A stretch of 61,395 nt of DNA, counting the filler, from Dimargaris cristalligena (taxonomy: Eukaryota): the NCBI GenBank assembly GCA_003614675.1. It is 4 parts of 4 records of this genome, joined end to end, with 100 filler letters (N's around TTAATTAATTAA, not from the genome) between each part and the next. Parts side by side here need not be neighbours in the genome. Positions count along the whole stretch, not along the records: positions 1 to 15,299 come from ML002898.1; 3 more parts are not named here. One strand, 5' to 3'. The notes beneath the pieces are model-generated. The model saw only the letters and a program-made list of their open reading frames with translations. It did no database searches and had not been told where the DNA came from. Both the position numbers and the translations under genes were made by a program. Of the stretch, positions 1 through 11,521 are shown piece by piece (the stretch's first letter is position 1; each line of letters opens with the position of its first letter).

Positions 1-1739
1 TCAAACTTCTGCAGAAGTGCTATCTGGTGAATTCTTCAGCCTCGACTAAAAAGTTGTGTTTATTGATAAGATATTCCACCGAGTATTTATACTAAAACTC
101 GGGGATTATAAATTGGCAGATATTCAAAGACTAAAGATAAAAGATACTAAAAGATCAGACCTATTTGTATAACCAAAACAACAGTAAAGATAAGGGTCTT
201 TAAATTGTATCATTAGTTTTAAATGGTAAACCATTTGTTAGTATCACCAAAACTATGGTAAAGAAAGGAAACTTCAAACTAATAATTAGTTAAGGCTAAA
301 GTTATACACATTGGTATAATAAAAACAAAAGAATAAAAGGTATAGACAAACTTATAATAGGTTAAAGGAATAGCTGATACTCGTTGATAGAGTACAGCAA
401 GGGTATAAAGTGATACTTGGAAAAATAATCCAATCTGAAATAAATATATAATTGTTGTATGACAATAACAACTATAAAAAGGGAAAACTTAGGCTAGCAG
501 CACCAATTCTTTGACTAATCACCTAAATATGGATGGTGGTTTCAATTAAAAGAGTAAAAATAAATAAGACAGTGTCAAATACTACTATAGCCATTTGGCT
601 ATATCATAACAGATGTTGTTATGGTAGGACCTGAGACCACTTAATCAAACATAGTATTCCTTTTTAATCACATTCTATTTTTATATCCTTTTATTAGTGA
701 AGTTCTGATTTATTATTTTATAGCCTTGCAATATCATAGCAAGCAAGAGATACATCAAATATCACTCACATTTATATTTAATATCATCATTAGCCAGATA
801 TATTTATAAGCTTCTTATTCATTAATTCAAGTAGCAATACTATGTAGACTGTACTTCAACTACTTCATAAGTATAGATACCTTCAGGGATCACAGCTCTT
901 AATAAAGGATCTCTTCTTCATCCTTTTTAACTATACTAGCAGTTTTTCCTATAGTTGTATTAGTCATTTCTAAGGTCTGATTTTACTTTATTCTTTATTC
1001 AATTATAAGGTATTCATGCCTATTATTGTTTCTTCTATTATAGTCACTCTGTCATACCACAACAATTTTGTAGATACATCCTTTAATTTAAATTAAAACT
1101 CTATTATGCTTCTAAATGAGCCAGAAGTTGGATTTCGTGTGGTAATTAATCACCCACGTTGCAGTATCAGGTCTTTATGATTTATCAATTACTATCTATA
1201 GTTTTAAAGTGAACCTAATCTAATAGTCTTGGGAAATACACCCTGGCAGCTGGTCAATATTTCAGGGGTTAGGTATGTTGTAGACTCTCTTAATTATTGA
1301 GTATATAGTCATTATTATCTGCACTGTCTTTACAGACTGGTTATGGCGGTAATTATCATAATGGACTTGTTCTTAATTGAATGACGCAATCCGGTTTAAT
1401 ATCGAACATTTTTCTAAAAAAATTGGTGACAATTCCTTATTGTAGGGTGAATTTTGATGGTGTTAGTCGCCATAGTGTAATGTGATAATTTTGCCCGGTC
1501 CAGCTTAACTATTACTATAGCCGAAGTAGTGGTTTACTCGAGTGGTGACTAACCATTACGAGACTCCGAACGGCAATTCCCCATTGCTGCCTTGAGCACA
1601 AAGCACTAGTATTCAGCTTCCTCGCTTGATATCGCTGCGACTGATTTAATTACTACAAGCATTAACCAGTGTTACTATTCGCTCTCACTATATGCCTATA
1701 TATATTCCTAACTAAAAGGTAACATTTAGGTTCGTTACA
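1..1739 (-). mobile_element. Degenerate LTR retrotransposon (probably Gypsy-type): 5' LTR 1476-1739 plus decayed gag/protease region running off the window edge
   Basis: 264-bp segment with inverted termini (minus strand TGTAACG...CATTACA) and an internal TATA (GGAATATATATAGG). It is followed 3 nt later by a PBS-like TGGCGACTAACACC. Downstream DNA is very AT/TpA-rich with no long ORF, with faint remnants resembling a zinc knuckle (~1040-1070) and a protease-like MFD*..SQV motif (~625-655). Confidence 0.6.
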
Positions 1740-2085
1740 GGTTTTATTGAATGTATGAGGAATATATGATGTCCTAATTACCTATCTAATACAATCCGGA
1801 GTTGTTGTTGCTAAATGGTTGCGAGTAAATGGATAATCAATACGAGGAAAATAAAAGAAGGGGGAAAGCAGCGGTTGGAAGTATATAGACACAGAGCGGG
1901 AATCTTAGAGAGGGAGTACAAAAACTATAATTGGAGGTTGATTGACTCAGACAGCAATTGGTATGTCAAGTAATTGAGGAGTGGGGAGGCTCCAAGTGAT
2001 GCTGTAATAACTTGGATATAGTTGTTTGGGATATCCCCACGGCAGCAAAAGGTAATTACTGAAGATTGGCCTAATAATTCACCCA

Positions 2086-2796
2086 TTACAACATACATAG
2101 ACAGACACCGACGTCCCGCTTGTTTTTTATCTCATCCGTGACTAAAAGAGCCGTGAGGAGTATGAACTCGTCGAGCCCGACCGGCCATTTGTTATTAGCG
2201 TATAGGGTGACTTCCGCAGTTAGAAAATTGAAATGTGGGCGGCTGGCCCGTGCCATAGTTTTCCGCGTAGTCCAATTCACCAATTCGTAACTGTATGTCA
2301 AGATATTGAACTCTAACCATTTGTATTTTTGGCCCGCGAATACAAATTTATAGGCGGTATTAGAAAGACCACCGCCACGACTCACCCCTACCTTGTGGTT
2401 GTACGTGGGACTTTGGTAGACTCGGTCGTAGATAGTGGAGTGGCCAACAACATCTTTCCAAAGGATTTGGCCCGAATGAAGTAGTTCTAACTGACGGTGG
2501 TGACGCTGGGGTCTACGGACGGCCATTTTTGGCGCCTCCCCCTCTATCCGAACCAGCTTAACATCAGACTTAGTGTCATTGTAAATTTGGTATCTCTGTT
2601 TAACGACTGTAAATCAAATGCATTACATATATTGCGAATATAAATGGGCAGCGCCATACACCTAAATTAATTGGGGCTAGTAGGGAGAAACTGTGTGTTA
2701 AGTACTCGACCTATGAGTAGCCGGTCGGATCCCCGAGTATAAATAGTTATCCGCCATCCCCGAAGGGACCATAAACCTACCTTCTGTATTCTTCAT
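2086..2796 (-). CDS. Hypothetical beta-rich protein, DUF6593/tubby-C (LURP1)-like; 2 exons (2796-2781, 2606-2086)
   Basis: The ORF extends in frame upstream of 2526 to a CAG acceptor at 2607. ATG at 2796 with a phase-compatible GTAGGT donor at 2780 (an alternative donor near 2705 is also in phase). C-terminal YKFVFAGQKYKW...LVN...LDEFILLTALLV pattern is typical of this fungal fold family. Confidence 0.6.
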
Positions 2797-4383
2797 GATT
2801 TACTAACCGTGTGCTGGTTTCCTAAAGCGAGCGTCAATGGAAAGATAAAATAAATCAATGTATGGACTAACTGGGAGTGGTTTGAAATGTGATGAGAGCT
2901 AATACGCGGTAACTTAAATCTCATAAATTCAGGCTGTTAGTATAGCGATGGGGAGAAGAGCAATGGAGCAGGTGGGCGGGTCCAATTTATACAATATTTT
3001 CTTAATGCTGTAGAACTTCACAAGTTTAGAAGCATGATGGACCAAGGGCCACTTCGGTTAAACAATAGTATAATGGGGTTTTTTTTCTTGGATGTTTCAC
3101 AGAGTAACAATTGTCCGTTGAAGAAGGACGCAGGGTAAACCCTCATTGGTGCAACCATCACCCGGAAGAAATCAATTCGCCTCCCTAGGTCACCCGTGCC
3201 TTGCAACAATAGCAGGAAGAAAGGGGACATGCACTATCCATTGATAAAAGGTGGATGTCCCCTTGTAATCTATTTCTAAGAGATTATGAAAAGTTAAGCC
3301 CCTTCTGAAGAGACTATAGCACCCCACGGACACATTTAATGCTTACTGATAGAGGGTTCTATAGTATAGCAATTAAGCTGCGAGATTCTTGGTAGGGCGA
3401 AGAGAAAAGTCATCGCGGCCTTCATTAACGCAAGCCACCTTACGAGCTCCGGAGCCACAACCGCCGAATACTATATCTACATATTTGGGTTACATGCCGC
3501 CATTGCGATAAAATGATAAAAGCAAGGGAACCCCAAAACATGTGTTTTTTTTAGGCCGGCCATATTAGTTGTACGGTCCATCACATGGGGATGGAATGTG
3601 TGACTTATTGGATTTAGCAATGCCAATAAGTTTTCCGGTGGCTAACAAGGGCAGGTGCACCTTGTAATACTAGGCTCCCCTTTGGATGATTCGAAATAAT
3701 AGGCATAGGGTGTCGACCTTTGTCGTTTTAGCCGCTGGCATTGGGTTAATACTCGAAAGGTCAAACTCATTGAGGCATTCAATTTAGGTGTACCGCTCAG
3801 TCAATCAATTTGGTCCGTATGTCCGTCAGGGTTTATCGCACGGTAAATCTCCTAAAAATAGCATTTACCCTGGCGGATACAAGGTATTGTTGCTATTGTT
3901 TAGCGATTTTGACTACATTGAAAAGCCATGGGGTCCGCGGGAACAGCCTAGATTGGCACCGGAGCTATAGGTCAAAATAGTATATCAAAATAATACACTC
4001 TCGTGGGTGCATTGCTTACGTCCAGGGCTGGGGAGAAGGGGGAGGGTATATATGGTACTGTAACGGGTCCCTCGGCCAATATAATAGTTAGTCTAACAGC
4101 CAGCAGGACGGGAGTATGTGCGCTTATGTGCGATGATCAAAACCAACAGCTCCACTGGAACGAGGAGGTTCCTTTCTCTAGTATATCCATAACAATAAAT
4201 CGGTTTAACACTACTCCCCCATTTGCCCCTGTCCGCACGTAACAGTACAATCATATACTAGAGCCTCCTTAATTTAATGCATTAGTCACTATGGTGAGTT
4301 CCTCCTACTTAGTGACGGAGGTATATTGGACTAGTCGAAACGGGGATTAAAGGCAGTAACCCATACGCTGTTCTTATCGCTAG

Positions 4384-5700
4384 GTTCAGCCTTCCTCAAG
4401 GGTAAAGATCACGTCGTTGGCGGGGCCCTCGCTGGGTTCGGCGAAAGGCTCTGGTTGCTTGACCCTAGACCGGAAACCTATTGGTCCACCACTGCTCCGA
4501 TCACCCTCTACGGCGAGCTTCATATCTTCCTCACGTACCTCGCCACGCTGAACGAACGAACCGAACGATCCGACCAATATGCGCAGGGACTTGTCAACCT
4601 AACCCAAACGTTTGGGCGGCTCGCCTGGGATAATTACCGGCTCATTCTAAAGGGATGTCAGGTAACTGATGGGCGAAAGAACATCGCCAGTAAGCTGGGA
4701 CTCGATAAATAGGCCGACGAAGTATAGACTAAACAGAGGGAATGCCAAAAGCGTCTATTTTGGGAGAACAATTTGGATTTCTCCGAACCCATGGTCACCC
4801 GAGTATTGATTGATGCAAATATCTGGGACGACGGTTATCTGGGGAATTCGGAAATGGTCGATACGCCGACCAACTGGGTCCCTGAACTTCTTCCCGAGTT
4901 CGAATTCGACTTCAGCTCGCCATCCCTACCCGGTCGCCCCACCTGGAAGAAGCGTAACCGCAACTCAGCCAATAACAGCCCCAGGAAAGTTGGAGGTACC
5001 CAACCAACTAAGAAGGTGACCCCCCGATTTCCGACTATTGATCCTCTATGTGCCCTACTAGATCTGCTGGAGGAGGCTGATGAGATTGACCCATACAAAT
5101 ATAATGGCATCCCATCTATCACAGACTCGAAATCATATGGCACAATCCCAGGCATAACCGGCCGTCCCAAATCAGGGAGTCAGTCGGCGGCTGTGGAGAC
5201 TCAGCCTTTAGTTACCGATATTTATGGTGCCATTTTGAATGAAAAAGGTCTTTCGGCGTTTGAAGGCGAACGCCTTGATTCTAGTAGTGCCCCTCCATTC
5301 ATTCCGGATGAATACGTTAAAAAAGAGAAGCCCTACGCGGGTACTAGTCCACACTCGTGGACTTCGATGACCAGGTGAACCAGGTGGATGCGTCAGATGA
5401 ATATATCACTTATTTTATCAAAGTTGCCAACGCCAAGAACAGATCTATCCGTAGGAGCCACCATCCACTCGACCGTATCCCAAATGAAAAATGGTGATCA
5501 GGAGGGGACTTCACTCTCGCCCGACCAAGATAATCGAATTGACCAATGTCTCCAGGATATCTACGAGCAGAGCCGTGACAACCCCCAGCACCTTCTGAAC
5601 TAACTCATCCAGAATTGACCTGCTTCTTCCTCTAACAATGCCGCCACCCGGAAACCCGCCAAAGGTGTCCACCCCTTTGGGTTCAGAACCTTCTCCTCAA
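4384..5700 (+). pseudogene. Disrupted lineage-specific gene with in-frame TAG stops at 4710 and 4725 and a probable frameshift near 5350-5380
   Basis: ORFs 4455-4712 and 4773-5378 share one frame and are separated only by two TAG codons. The frame opens at a TAG acceptor (4383) preceded by a branch-like AGTAAC and a GTGAGT donor near 4293. No recognisable domain. Confidence 0.5.
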
Positions 5701-6443
5701 GACCAGCTTTCCAGTTTTTCCCGAGGAAGAAGAGTTGTTCGAGCGTGTGGTAAAGTCCATGTAGTGACGGTCAGGGTTTTAGTGTCGAGTAAATGGCGAC
5801 CTTACTGCGTTCCTGACTCATGCATATCTAGTGCACCAGTTTCAAGTAAGCTGACCATTGGCATCTAGCCCAAATTGGCCACCCTATACCAATGCAGATA
5901 GAGTACTTTGGTTTTGTTCCAGCTGAATGAAATTTAGAGGGCTCAGCCCCACTTCCTACCCGCTATTAGTATAATATACCGCCGCATTTTGGCCATTCTA
6001 CGTTGATACACAAATTCTTACACATTACTTAGATCAAACTATGGCGCACCGGCCAAGCGGGTTAGTTATGTATAAGTTTGCTGGTATCGCTTGTTTCGTA
6101 GATCAATTTAATTAGGTGAACTAAATTAGTTGGTGTATTGCCAATAAACCATTTGTTCATTGAATAGGGCTTTTACCGACGGCATAGTTTCTCTTTATTT
6201 GGTCAGGGTGGGTGCTTTTATTAATATACACTGCGCAGGTTAAATGTTTCAAATTTGGCTTGTTTTATCCGTCTGATTAAACGATATGGGCCATTGTACA
6301 ACCTATACCCTACTGCACCCCCCTTTATTGCAACACTCCAAAGGAGATCGGTTGGGTGGTGCAATACCAAATGCCTTGGCCCCTCGCCTACCACCCCAGA
6401 AACAATCCCTTTCACCCTTTTTTTCTCAATGGTTAGCCCAACC

Positions 6444-8030
6444 ATGTCTCTCTCCCTAACAACATTGCGTTGGGTCTTTCGTCAAACGTTTTTATTACCT
6501 CGTCGGTCCTCTATACCCCTTGTCACCCGCTGTCCTTCCCCAGCCGCCCAATACCACCACCACCGCTGCTGCAGTTTGCCCATTGCTTGTTTAGCTACCA
6601 TGACGACTGACCCCGACTGCGCTTCCATCCTATCGGCCAAGGTCGCCGATATAACCTTTGGCTCCCCGGATACTTCAGGCATCGATCGCGACGAATTATA
6701 TTATCGGGGCCAGCGCATTCCATGCCCGGGCCCGTCGGACGACCCACCCCCACCGTCCTCGTCAGTGCCGACCTGGCTGAGCCGGGCGTCCGCCCTCCTG
6801 CGGCAAGACCAGGTCGTGGCTTTCCCCACGGAGACCGTCTACGGCCTCGCCGGTAATGCCCTTTCTGCGTCGGCGGTGCGCCGAATTTTCGCCGCCAAAA
6901 ACCGGCCCGCTGATAATCCGCTGATTGTCCACATTTCGTCCCTCGCTATGCTGCGTACCCTACTTCCCGACGGTCGTATCCCGTCGGTATATGAACCGCT
7001 GATTCGGAAATACTGGCCCGGTCCTTTAACTTTGCTCATGCCCACCTCGGACCTTATTATCCCTTCGGTGATTACCTGCGGCCAGCCCACCGTTGCTATT
7101 CGGTTCCCGGCCCATCCGATCGCCCGGGCCTTGATTGCGTACAGTGGCCTGCCCCTCGCCGCGCCGTCGGCGAACTCGTCCGGTAAGCCTTCGCCTACTT
7201 TGGCCCAGCACGTCTGGACCGACTTGCGGCAGCGAATTCCCCTGATTGTGGACGGTGGCCAGTGCGACTGGGGTATCGAATCCACGGTAGTAGACGGACT
7301 GCGTCTCGGACAGCCCACCCCCGTAGTTCCGGCCATTTTGCGCCCCGGGGGAGTCACCCTCGAACAAATTCAACAAGTCCCGGGATTTGAGCAGTGCCAG
7401 GTCTACCGGAAGAATTTTACGGACCACCGGTTGGAAGCTGCGCCCACGACCCCGGGAATGAAATACCGGCATTATTCGCCGCGGGCCCAAGTGATTCTGT
7501 TCGAAGCCCGGCCTTTAAATACGTCAACGACCACCGACCCATCATCCCCCGCCAGTATAGCCCAACCTAAGGGTCTTGTGGGGGATCCAGCTGATGACTA
7601 CGCGACTGCGCATCACCGTTTCTTAAAAGCGGTACAAAAGGAGATTGGCCGACTGGTTTCCGATTCAGCATCGCCTACTGCGCATCACCCTGAGTCTACT
7701 TCAACTTCCCCGTCTCTAGTCTTTGGCTTTCTGCCCGTTTTTTCGGACCCTTCGGACCATCATCTAATCCAATGCCCCGACCATTGTACGCTTCATTTTA
7801 AATCAATGTCGGAGACTGCTCCACCGAATGCCAAGTCCATCACTGCAGAGACCGCCCAGCATCCTTCGCCAACCTCTCAGCCCAGCTCCAAACACCTATT
7901 CCGCAGTTTCCGCGATTTTGACGATCTGGGGGTTGACTATATCCTGGTCGAAGGCACTTCAGAGCGTGACGAAGGACTGGCGGTAATGAATCGACTCCAC
8001 AAAGCAGCTAGCCGGACCGTGTACTATTAA
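6444..8030 (+). CDS. SUA5: Threonylcarbamoyl-AMP synthase Sua5 (t6A tRNA modification)
   Basis: VAFPTETVYGL, KNRPADNPLIVH, WPGPLT, APSANSSGKPSPT, GIESTVVD, PGMKYRHYSP and C-terminal GLAVMNRLHKAA motifs. In-frame ATGs at 6444 and 6600. Confidence 0.96.
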   Translation: MSLSLTTLRWVFRQTFLLPRRSSIPLVTRCPSPAAQYHHHRCCSLPIACLATMTTDPDCASILSAKVADITFGSPDTSGIDRDELYYRGQRIPCPGPSDDPPPPSSSVPTWLSRASALLRQDQVVAFPTETVYGLAGNALSASAVRRIFAAKNRPADNPLIVHISSLAMLRTLLPDGRIPSVYEPLIRKYWPGPLTLLMPTSDLIIPSVITCGQPTVAIRFPAHPIARALIAYSGLPLAAPSANSSGKPSPTLAQHVWTDLRQRIPLIVDGGQCDWGIESTVVDGLRLGQPTPVVPAILRPGGVTLEQIQQVPGFEQCQVYRKNFTDHRLEAAPTTPGMKYRHYSPRAQVILFEARPLNTSTTTDPSSPASIAQPKGLVGDPADDYATAHHRFLKAVQKEIGRLVSDSASPTAHHPESTSTSPSLVFGFLPVFSDPSDHHLIQCPDHCTLHFKSMSETAPPNAKSITAETAQHPSPTSQPSSKHLFRSFRDFDDLGVDYILVEGTSERDEGLAVMNRLHKAASRTVYY

Positions 8031-8814
8031 ATGCTGGGGATTTTCTTGCGAGCCTACACTATGCTACCCCTTTTTTTAGAACGGACTTGTATGTTGATAA
8101 TTTAACCCTAATGTAACTAGACGCTTTAAATCTTATAGCAAAACACTGCCTGGTTGACTTTATTGGACTGTAGGACTGGGTCGGTTGAAGATACCACCCA
8201 TCTCGCCTATTCCCAAAATGACTACACGCTGTGGTTTATATGGTGTCGTTTGGGCAATTATCGGATTGCGATATAGCTAATGGGTACTCGGCTACTCGCA
8301 ACTGGCCAGATAATTTGAATGGATGAATCGTTTACACGGGGCCATGGATCCCCTCCCCCGCACAGCTACAACTAAATGAAGTAGCCCCCGCGACTGAGGC
8401 GGTGTCTTACTTTTAATAGGGGAAATGTTACAGGTTAACAGTCCAACAAATGTCCACAAACTGTAGGGCCCTGTTGTCTGTTGCCACGTATCCCACCCCG
8501 CATTTACAATGGGGAAATTTGTAATTACAATTTCGGCCAAACGCAACTCAGGGACCAAAGGGGAGTGGGAAACATACAGGATCCGAGAGGCCCATGAGGG
8601 TAGCGCCCTGGAAACGGATGACCGACCTACACGCCTCCTCCCAATGGACCGTGTAGTCTCATCTTATATCCTCCACCAGGGTCAAATGCAAAGCAACCCC
8701 CCTGGTGCGCGATTTTGTTATCCCATCCTTTTTTCCAGTTGCGTTGGTTATTTACGTTGTTTATTTATCCTACCCATTTATTTGCTCCTCTCCAGTTTAG
8801 CCTCCGTTTCCAAG

Positions 8815-9870
8815 ATGCCGGCCTTATCCCTTCGCCGGTCCCTGCTGTTCGCCCTGGCCCTCGTGGCCTTCGTGGCTACTCTGTGGACCCCCCGCGTGGC
8901 GGCCTGGGATGACCAGGACCACGAGATCTTCGACCTGGTCGATTACCTCAAAAAAGTCCAAAAGGGCCAGGACCGCTCCTTTTACGACATTTTAGGCGTC
9001 GACTCTAAGGCCACGCTCAACACGCTCAACCAGGCCTTCCGCCGCAAGTCCCTGGAATTCCACCCCGACAAGAATCCCTCCGAAGAGGCCCAGGCCCTCT
9101 TCACCCGTCTGGGTCCCATCATGAAAATCCTTCGTAACCCCGCCATCCGCGAACGCTACGACTTCTTCATGAAGAACGGCGTGCCCGTCTGGCGCGGAAC
9201 CGGTTACTTCTACCGTCGCTACCGTCCCGGATTTTTCTCCGTGTTGTTCGGTTTGGTCTTCTTTTCGGCCGGCATCCAGTACCTAGTGCAGTGGCTGAAT
9301 TATACCCTGACCGTACGTAAAATCGAACACTACCGGGCGGAGTTGCTGAAAAATGGCCAAGGACCCACCAGCCGGTCCGATAGTCTGATCAACAGCGTGG
9401 CCGCCCAAGCGACTCAGTCGGCCTCGGGGAAGAACCCTTCGGCCGCCACCATGGAGTCGGTGGACCGCAGCGGACTTACCCGTCGGCAGATCAAGCAGCT
9501 GGAACGCGACGAAAAACTCCGGGCCCAGGAGACCCGTTTGGCCGAACGCGCCCAGAAGGCGGCTCAGGATGAAGCCAAAGAGGAAGCCGAGCGACTCCCC
9601 GAGGATCCCGAAGAGGCCCGCTACGTGCTGCTGCAGCGTCATTGGGGCTCCATGGACCCCGAATCGGTTGCCAAACCTTCCTGGGAGAGCCTGTGGATCG
9701 TTACTCTGCCCCAATACCTCATGGCCGAGGGGCCCCATATGTTGAGCCGTGGGGCCGCCAAGTCACCCAAGCCGGCTAACCGTATCGCTAAAACCAACGA
9801 ACCGGTGGCAAGCCGGACCCGCCAGGCCGCGAACCCTGAGCGCAAGTCTCTCCGCCAACGTCGCCAGTAA
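8815..9870 (+). CDS. ERJ5: ER membrane J-domain co-chaperone (Erj5/DNAJC1-like)
   Basis: Signal peptide MPALSLRRSLLFALALVAFV...AAW, then DHEIFDL, a J domain with HPD (FHPDKNP), RERYDFFMKNGVPVWRGTGYFYRRYRPG and one TM helix. Confidence 0.88.
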   Translation: MPALSLRRSLLFALALVAFVATLWTPRVAAWDDQDHEIFDLVDYLKKVQKGQDRSFYDILGVDSKATLNTLNQAFRRKSLEFHPDKNPSEEAQALFTRLGPIMKILRNPAIRERYDFFMKNGVPVWRGTGYFYRRYRPGFFSVLFGLVFFSAGIQYLVQWLNYTLTVRKIEHYRAELLKNGQGPTSRSDSLINSVAAQATQSASGKNPSAATMESVDRSGLTRRQIKQLERDEKLRAQETRLAERAQKAAQDEAKEEAERLPEDPEEARYVLLQRHWGSMDPESVAKPSWESLWIVTLPQYLMAEGPHMLSRGAAKSPKPANRIAKTNEPVASRTRQAANPERKSLRQRRQ

Positions 9871-10336
9871 AGCCTTCTCGAGGCTTGAACGTGGTGGTGG
9901 TAGTTTGGGGGGCAAGCAGCCATTATCCCCAGACGCCCACTTCCCCCCTCTCACCACCACTACCACATGTCCACCCAGTCAGGATTTCTTTCTTTCATAA
10001 TTTTGGCTTGATTAAGGCAGTGTTTACCAATTTACGGGGGGTTTTGGAATAACGAAAGCCCATCTTTCTTAACGCCAACATGCTGGCTAGTACATATCTC
10101 CTTCGCTTGAAAACATAAATAAATGACGAATTTTAAGTTTATTAGAGCATGTCTGTTCTAGATTCAATGGACATTCTACTCCTATATTACCTTGAAATAA
10201 ATTTCGAAAAACAAGCGGAATAGTGGTAGTAGTCTCTCCCGCTCTTAGTTAGCCAAATGTATAGATGCATATGTAGGTATTATGTGTTCGGAAGCGGTAT
10301 GTTTTGCTCTTTTTTTCTTTTCTTTTTTTTTGGTTT

Positions 10337-11521
10337 TTACTGAAGGTGTTTGCAAACGGCTTCAGTCACCTCCTCAGTGGTGGCAGTACCGCCCAGGTCG
10401 GGAGTACGGAAGCCCTTGCGAAGGGTGGTATCGACGGCCTGGTAGATGGCAGAGGCGGGCTGAGACAGACCGATGTTCTCCAGGAGCAGGGCAGCACTGC
10501 GGATGGCGGCGATGGGGTTAGCCTTGTGCTGACCAGCGATGTCGGGAGCGGAGCCGTGGACGGGTTCACCCATGACGAAGTTATCGCCGACATTGGCGCT
10601 AGGCACCAGGCCCAGGCTGCCGACCAGGGCCGCGGCGCCGTCACTTAGGATATCACCGTACAGGTTAGGGGCGACCACGACGTCAAACACCTCGGGTTCG
10701 CGGAACATACGGTACACCATCGAGTCCACCAGCTGCTCCTCCAGAGCAATCTGGTCCCGGAACTCGGGGGTGTTTTCATACACGTGGCGAATCGACTCAC
10801 GCCACAGGCCGTCGGTGATACTCAGCACATTAGACTTGTGGACGATGGTGACCTTGGGGGGCCCGGTCCACCGGCGCTGGTCGACGGGCTGCTTCTCCCG
10901 CACGGCCTGGCGGGCCAAAGCCATACGGAAAGCCATGCGGCCGGCGCGTTCGGACGCCCCCTGAGTAATCAGTCGTTCCGCGATCGCCTTTACCTGACCG
11001 TCGGAGTCGGTGAACTGGCGCTCCTTCTTGATGTACAAACACTCGGTGTTTTCCCGGATAATCAGCATATCCACCGCTTTCTCGCCCATCGCGGCCTCGC
11101 CGGCGCCAGTGGTAGTGGAGATCACGGGACGCACATTGGCGTACAAGTCGAGGTGTTTGCGCAGGGCCACGATGGGGGACGAGTAGCCAGCCACCTTGTG
11201 GGAGGGGGAGCTCACGGCACCGAACAAAGCACCGTCGCATTCCTGGCGGAGCACGTCGATGGTTTGTTGGGGCAGGGCGGTGCCGTGTTGCTGGAAGTGC
11301 TCGAAACCGGCCTCGCAGTGCTTGAACTGGAAGGCCAGTTGGTAAGAGCTGGGCAGGGCGTTGAGGACCTGCTGGGCGGCGGGAATGACTTCACGGCCGA
11401 TGCCGTCAGCGGGGATCAGTCCCAAGGTGAGAGTCCGGACGGAAGAGTAGGACCGGCGGGGGGCTGAGGCCAAAGAGCCAGTCACGGCTTGGGCTTTGGG
11501 GAGGCTGGACAGGACACGCAT
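10337..11521 (-). CDS. LYS12: Mitochondrial homoisocitrate dehydrogenase (alpha-aminoadipate lysine pathway)
   Basis: LGLIPADGIGREV, GALFGAVSSPSHKVAGYSSPIVALRK, RENTECLYIK, PNLYGDILSDGAAALVGSLG, EPVHGSAPDIAG; Arg/Ser-rich presequence. Confidence 0.94.
   Translation of the reverse strand: MRVLSSLPKAQAVTGSLASAPRRSYSSVRTLTLGLIPADGIGREVIPAAQQVLNALPSSYQLAFQFKHCEAGFEHFQQHGTALPQQTIDVLRQECDGALFGAVSSPSHKVAGYSSPIVALRKHLDLYANVRPVISTTTGAGEAAMGEKAVDMLIIRENTECLYIKKERQFTDSDGQVKAIAERLITQGASERAGRMAFRMALARQAVREKQPVDQRRWTGPPKVTIVHKSNVLSITDGLWRESIRHVYENTPEFRDQIALEEQLVDSMVYRMFREPEVFDVVVAPNLYGDILSDGAAALVGSLGLVPSANVGDNFVMGEPVHGSAPDIAGQHKANPIAAIRSAALLLENIGLSQPASAIYQAVDTTLRKGFRTPDLGGTATTEEVTEAVCKHLQ

Noticed and set aside
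4710-4727. Possible reassignment of TAG to a sense codon
   Set aside because: Conserved genes here, such as OLA1, end at TAG at their expected C-terminus.
6255-6443. Upstream starts in the ORF track (6255 for SUA5, 8509 for ERJ5, 58173 for the Myb gene, 46260 for SSF1)
   Set aside because: They are mostly TTG starts or run through UTR or intron-like pyrimidine tracts; targeting peptides and homology begin at downstream ATGs or splice acceptors.
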